A stretch of DNA of 64,000 nt from Chthoniobacterales bacterium (GTDB taxonomy: Bacteria; Verrucomicrobiota; Verrucomicrobiia; Chthoniobacterales; JACTMZ01). A model generated the notes under the pieces. It saw only the letters and a list, made by a program, of their open reading frames with translations, ran no database searches and was not told the DNA's origin. Below, piece after piece: positions 63,043 to 64,000 of the stretch. The translations under genes and the position numbers were made by a program. The DNA lies in the NCBI GenBank assembly GCA_018883245.1, contig VEQL01000001.1, forward strand, positions 94,701 through 158,700, given 5' to 3'. Position 1 is the first letter of the stretch. Each line of letters begins with the position of its first letter.

Positions 63043-64000
63043 ATGAAATCTCCTTTCCTGCGCGATGTGGTGGCGAAGTGTTCGTCGTGGGACGCTTTCC
63101 GCCGCGCTCTGGCCAAGAAGTCGGAAAAAGAGAAGGGCGATCTCTTCGAGCATCTTGTCCGGGCCTATCTGCTGCTCGATCCGGAATATGCGACGAAGCT
63201 GCGCAAGGTCTGGCTGCTGGACGAAGTGCCGTCCGCCCTGCGCAAGAAGCTGAAGCTGCCGGGCAACGACCAAGGCATCGACCTTATCGCCGAAACAAAC
63301 ACCGGCGAGTTCTGGGCCATTCAATGCAAATACCGCGAGAACACGACGCGGCCGGTGCCGTGGCGGGAGATCTCCACTTTTACCGGACTCGCCTTCGGCA
63401 TTTGCCGGCATATTTCGTTCGGACTCGTCTGCTCGACGACGGAACGGATCACGCACGTTCTCAAACACCAAGACCGTATCGGTTTTTGCGCGCTTGATGT
63501 CTGGCAAAGTCTCGATGAGGAATTTTTCGCACGGCTGCGCAAGTTGCTCGGACACAAACCGGTCAAACTTGCGCCGCTCAAGCCGCGTCCGCACCAGAAG
63601 AAGGCCATCGCCGATGCGCGGAAGCATTTTGTCGGCAAGAAGCAGAAGCGCGGCAAGCTGATCAGTCCGTGCGGCTCGGGCAAGAGCCTCACTGCCTACT
63701 GGATCGCACGCGATCTGAAGGCGAAACGGATTCTCGTTGCGGTGCCGAGTCTGGCGCTGATTCGTCAGACGCTGAAAGTGTGGCTGCGGGAATCGATGGC
63801 CCACGGCGACAAGGTGGAATGGATTTGCGTGTGCAGCGATGACTCGGCCGGACGTGTGGATCAGGACGATGTGGCCGTGCTGCGTCAGGACCTCGGTGTC
63901 CCGTGTCTTACCGATACGAAAGAAATCGCGTCATGGCTGAAGCAGAAAAAGCCCGGACTCACCGTGGTCTTCACCACGTATCAGAGTGGCGCAGCGATTG
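63043..64000 (+). CDS. Mrr-like PD-(D/E)xK nuclease domain fused to SF2 (ResIII/DEAD-box-like) helicase, 5' part (truncated by window end)
   Basis: Absent from the ORF track (no stop in the window). Hand translation from ATG 63043 is open for 319 codons: MKSPFLRDVVAKCSSWDAFRRALAKKSEKEKGDLFEHLVRAYL...GNDQGIDLIAETNTGEFWAIQCKY (D...QxK nuclease core)...LKPRPHQKKAI (Q-motif-like)...LISPCGSGKSLTAYW (Walker A)...ILVAVPSLALIRQT (motif Ia). Confidence 0.75.
   Translation, partial: MKSPFLRDVVAKCSSWDAFRRALAKKSEKEKGDLFEHLVRAYLLLDPEYATKLRKVWLLDEVPSALRKKLKLPGNDQGIDLIAETNTGEFWAIQCKYRENTTRPVPWREISTFTGLAFGICRHISFGLVCSTTERITHVLKHQDRIGFCALDVWQSLDEEFFARLRKLLGHKPVKLAPLKPRPHQKKAIADARKHFVGKKQKRGKLISPCGSGKSLTAYWIARDLKAKRILVAVPSLALIRQTLKVWLRESMAHGDKVEWICVCSDDSAGRVDQDDVAVLRQDLGVPCLTDTKEIASWLKQKKPGLTVVFTTYQSGAAI

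Noticed and set aside
62860-63804. 314-aa minus-strand ORF across the window-end region
   Set aside because: Antisense to the unlisted plus-strand ORF starting at 63043, which carries coherent Mrr-nuclease and helicase motifs. The minus ORF has none.
1-64000. Search for CRISPR arrays, tRNA/rRNA genes, IS elements/transposases, integrases and long inverted or direct repeats
   Set aside because: No regularly spaced direct repeats, no cloverleaf-like intergenic segments (intergenic regions are short) and no transposase/integrase-like translations were seen. This is a by-eye negative and should be confirmed with tRNAscan-SE, Infernal, CRISPR detection and ISEScan.

Overview
Densely coding, high-GC (by eye) bacterial chromosomal window with about 64 protein-coding genes on both strands. 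I recognised no rRNA, tRNA, CRISPR array or IS/transposase by eye. Most very long ORFs in the six-frame track are antisense shadows, as expected in GC-rich DNA. The gene content suggests a Verrucomicrobiota/Planctomycetota-like organism (inference only): a PEP-CTERM protein, Tat-exported Gfo/Idh/MocA enzymes with DUF1080 and ThuA, GT-C/TPR membrane proteins, LemA-TPM. Housekeeping genes recognised with confidence: exbB-exbD-tonB, scpB-like, coaX, trmL, nuoA, ptsN, argS, ruvB, trpC, cutA, lpxD, skp, bamA, trxB, cysE, acs. Observations worth a second look, in my order of interest: (1) A secreted protein at 60156-61370 matches every pepsin (A1 aspartic protease) landmark by hand alignment, including two DTG motifs, and ends in a PEP-CTERM sorting signal. 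(2) A PAS-AraC-controlled cluster at 35.7-45.9 kb encodes exported ThuA, two Tat-signal Gfo/Idh/MocA enzymes, DUF1080, a discoidin-domain protein, a HEAT-repeat protein, a DoxX-like membrane protein and an MFS transporter; it is a candidate periplasmic 3-keto-glycoside pathway. (3) An Mrr-nuclease/SF2-helicase fusion starts at 63043 and is cut by the window end; it is absent from the ORF track and may open a restriction/defence locus. (4) A tight ABC-exporter / GT-B-like / small-lipoprotein / TolC operon has no MFP adaptor. Smaller oddities: a saccharopine-dehydrogenase-family gene coupled to an ALDH, an AT-hook plus HARE-HTH-like basic protein, GT-C coupled to ApbE, a solitary nuoA, and ptsN overlapping argS. 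All family calls come from reading the translations by eye; no searches were run.
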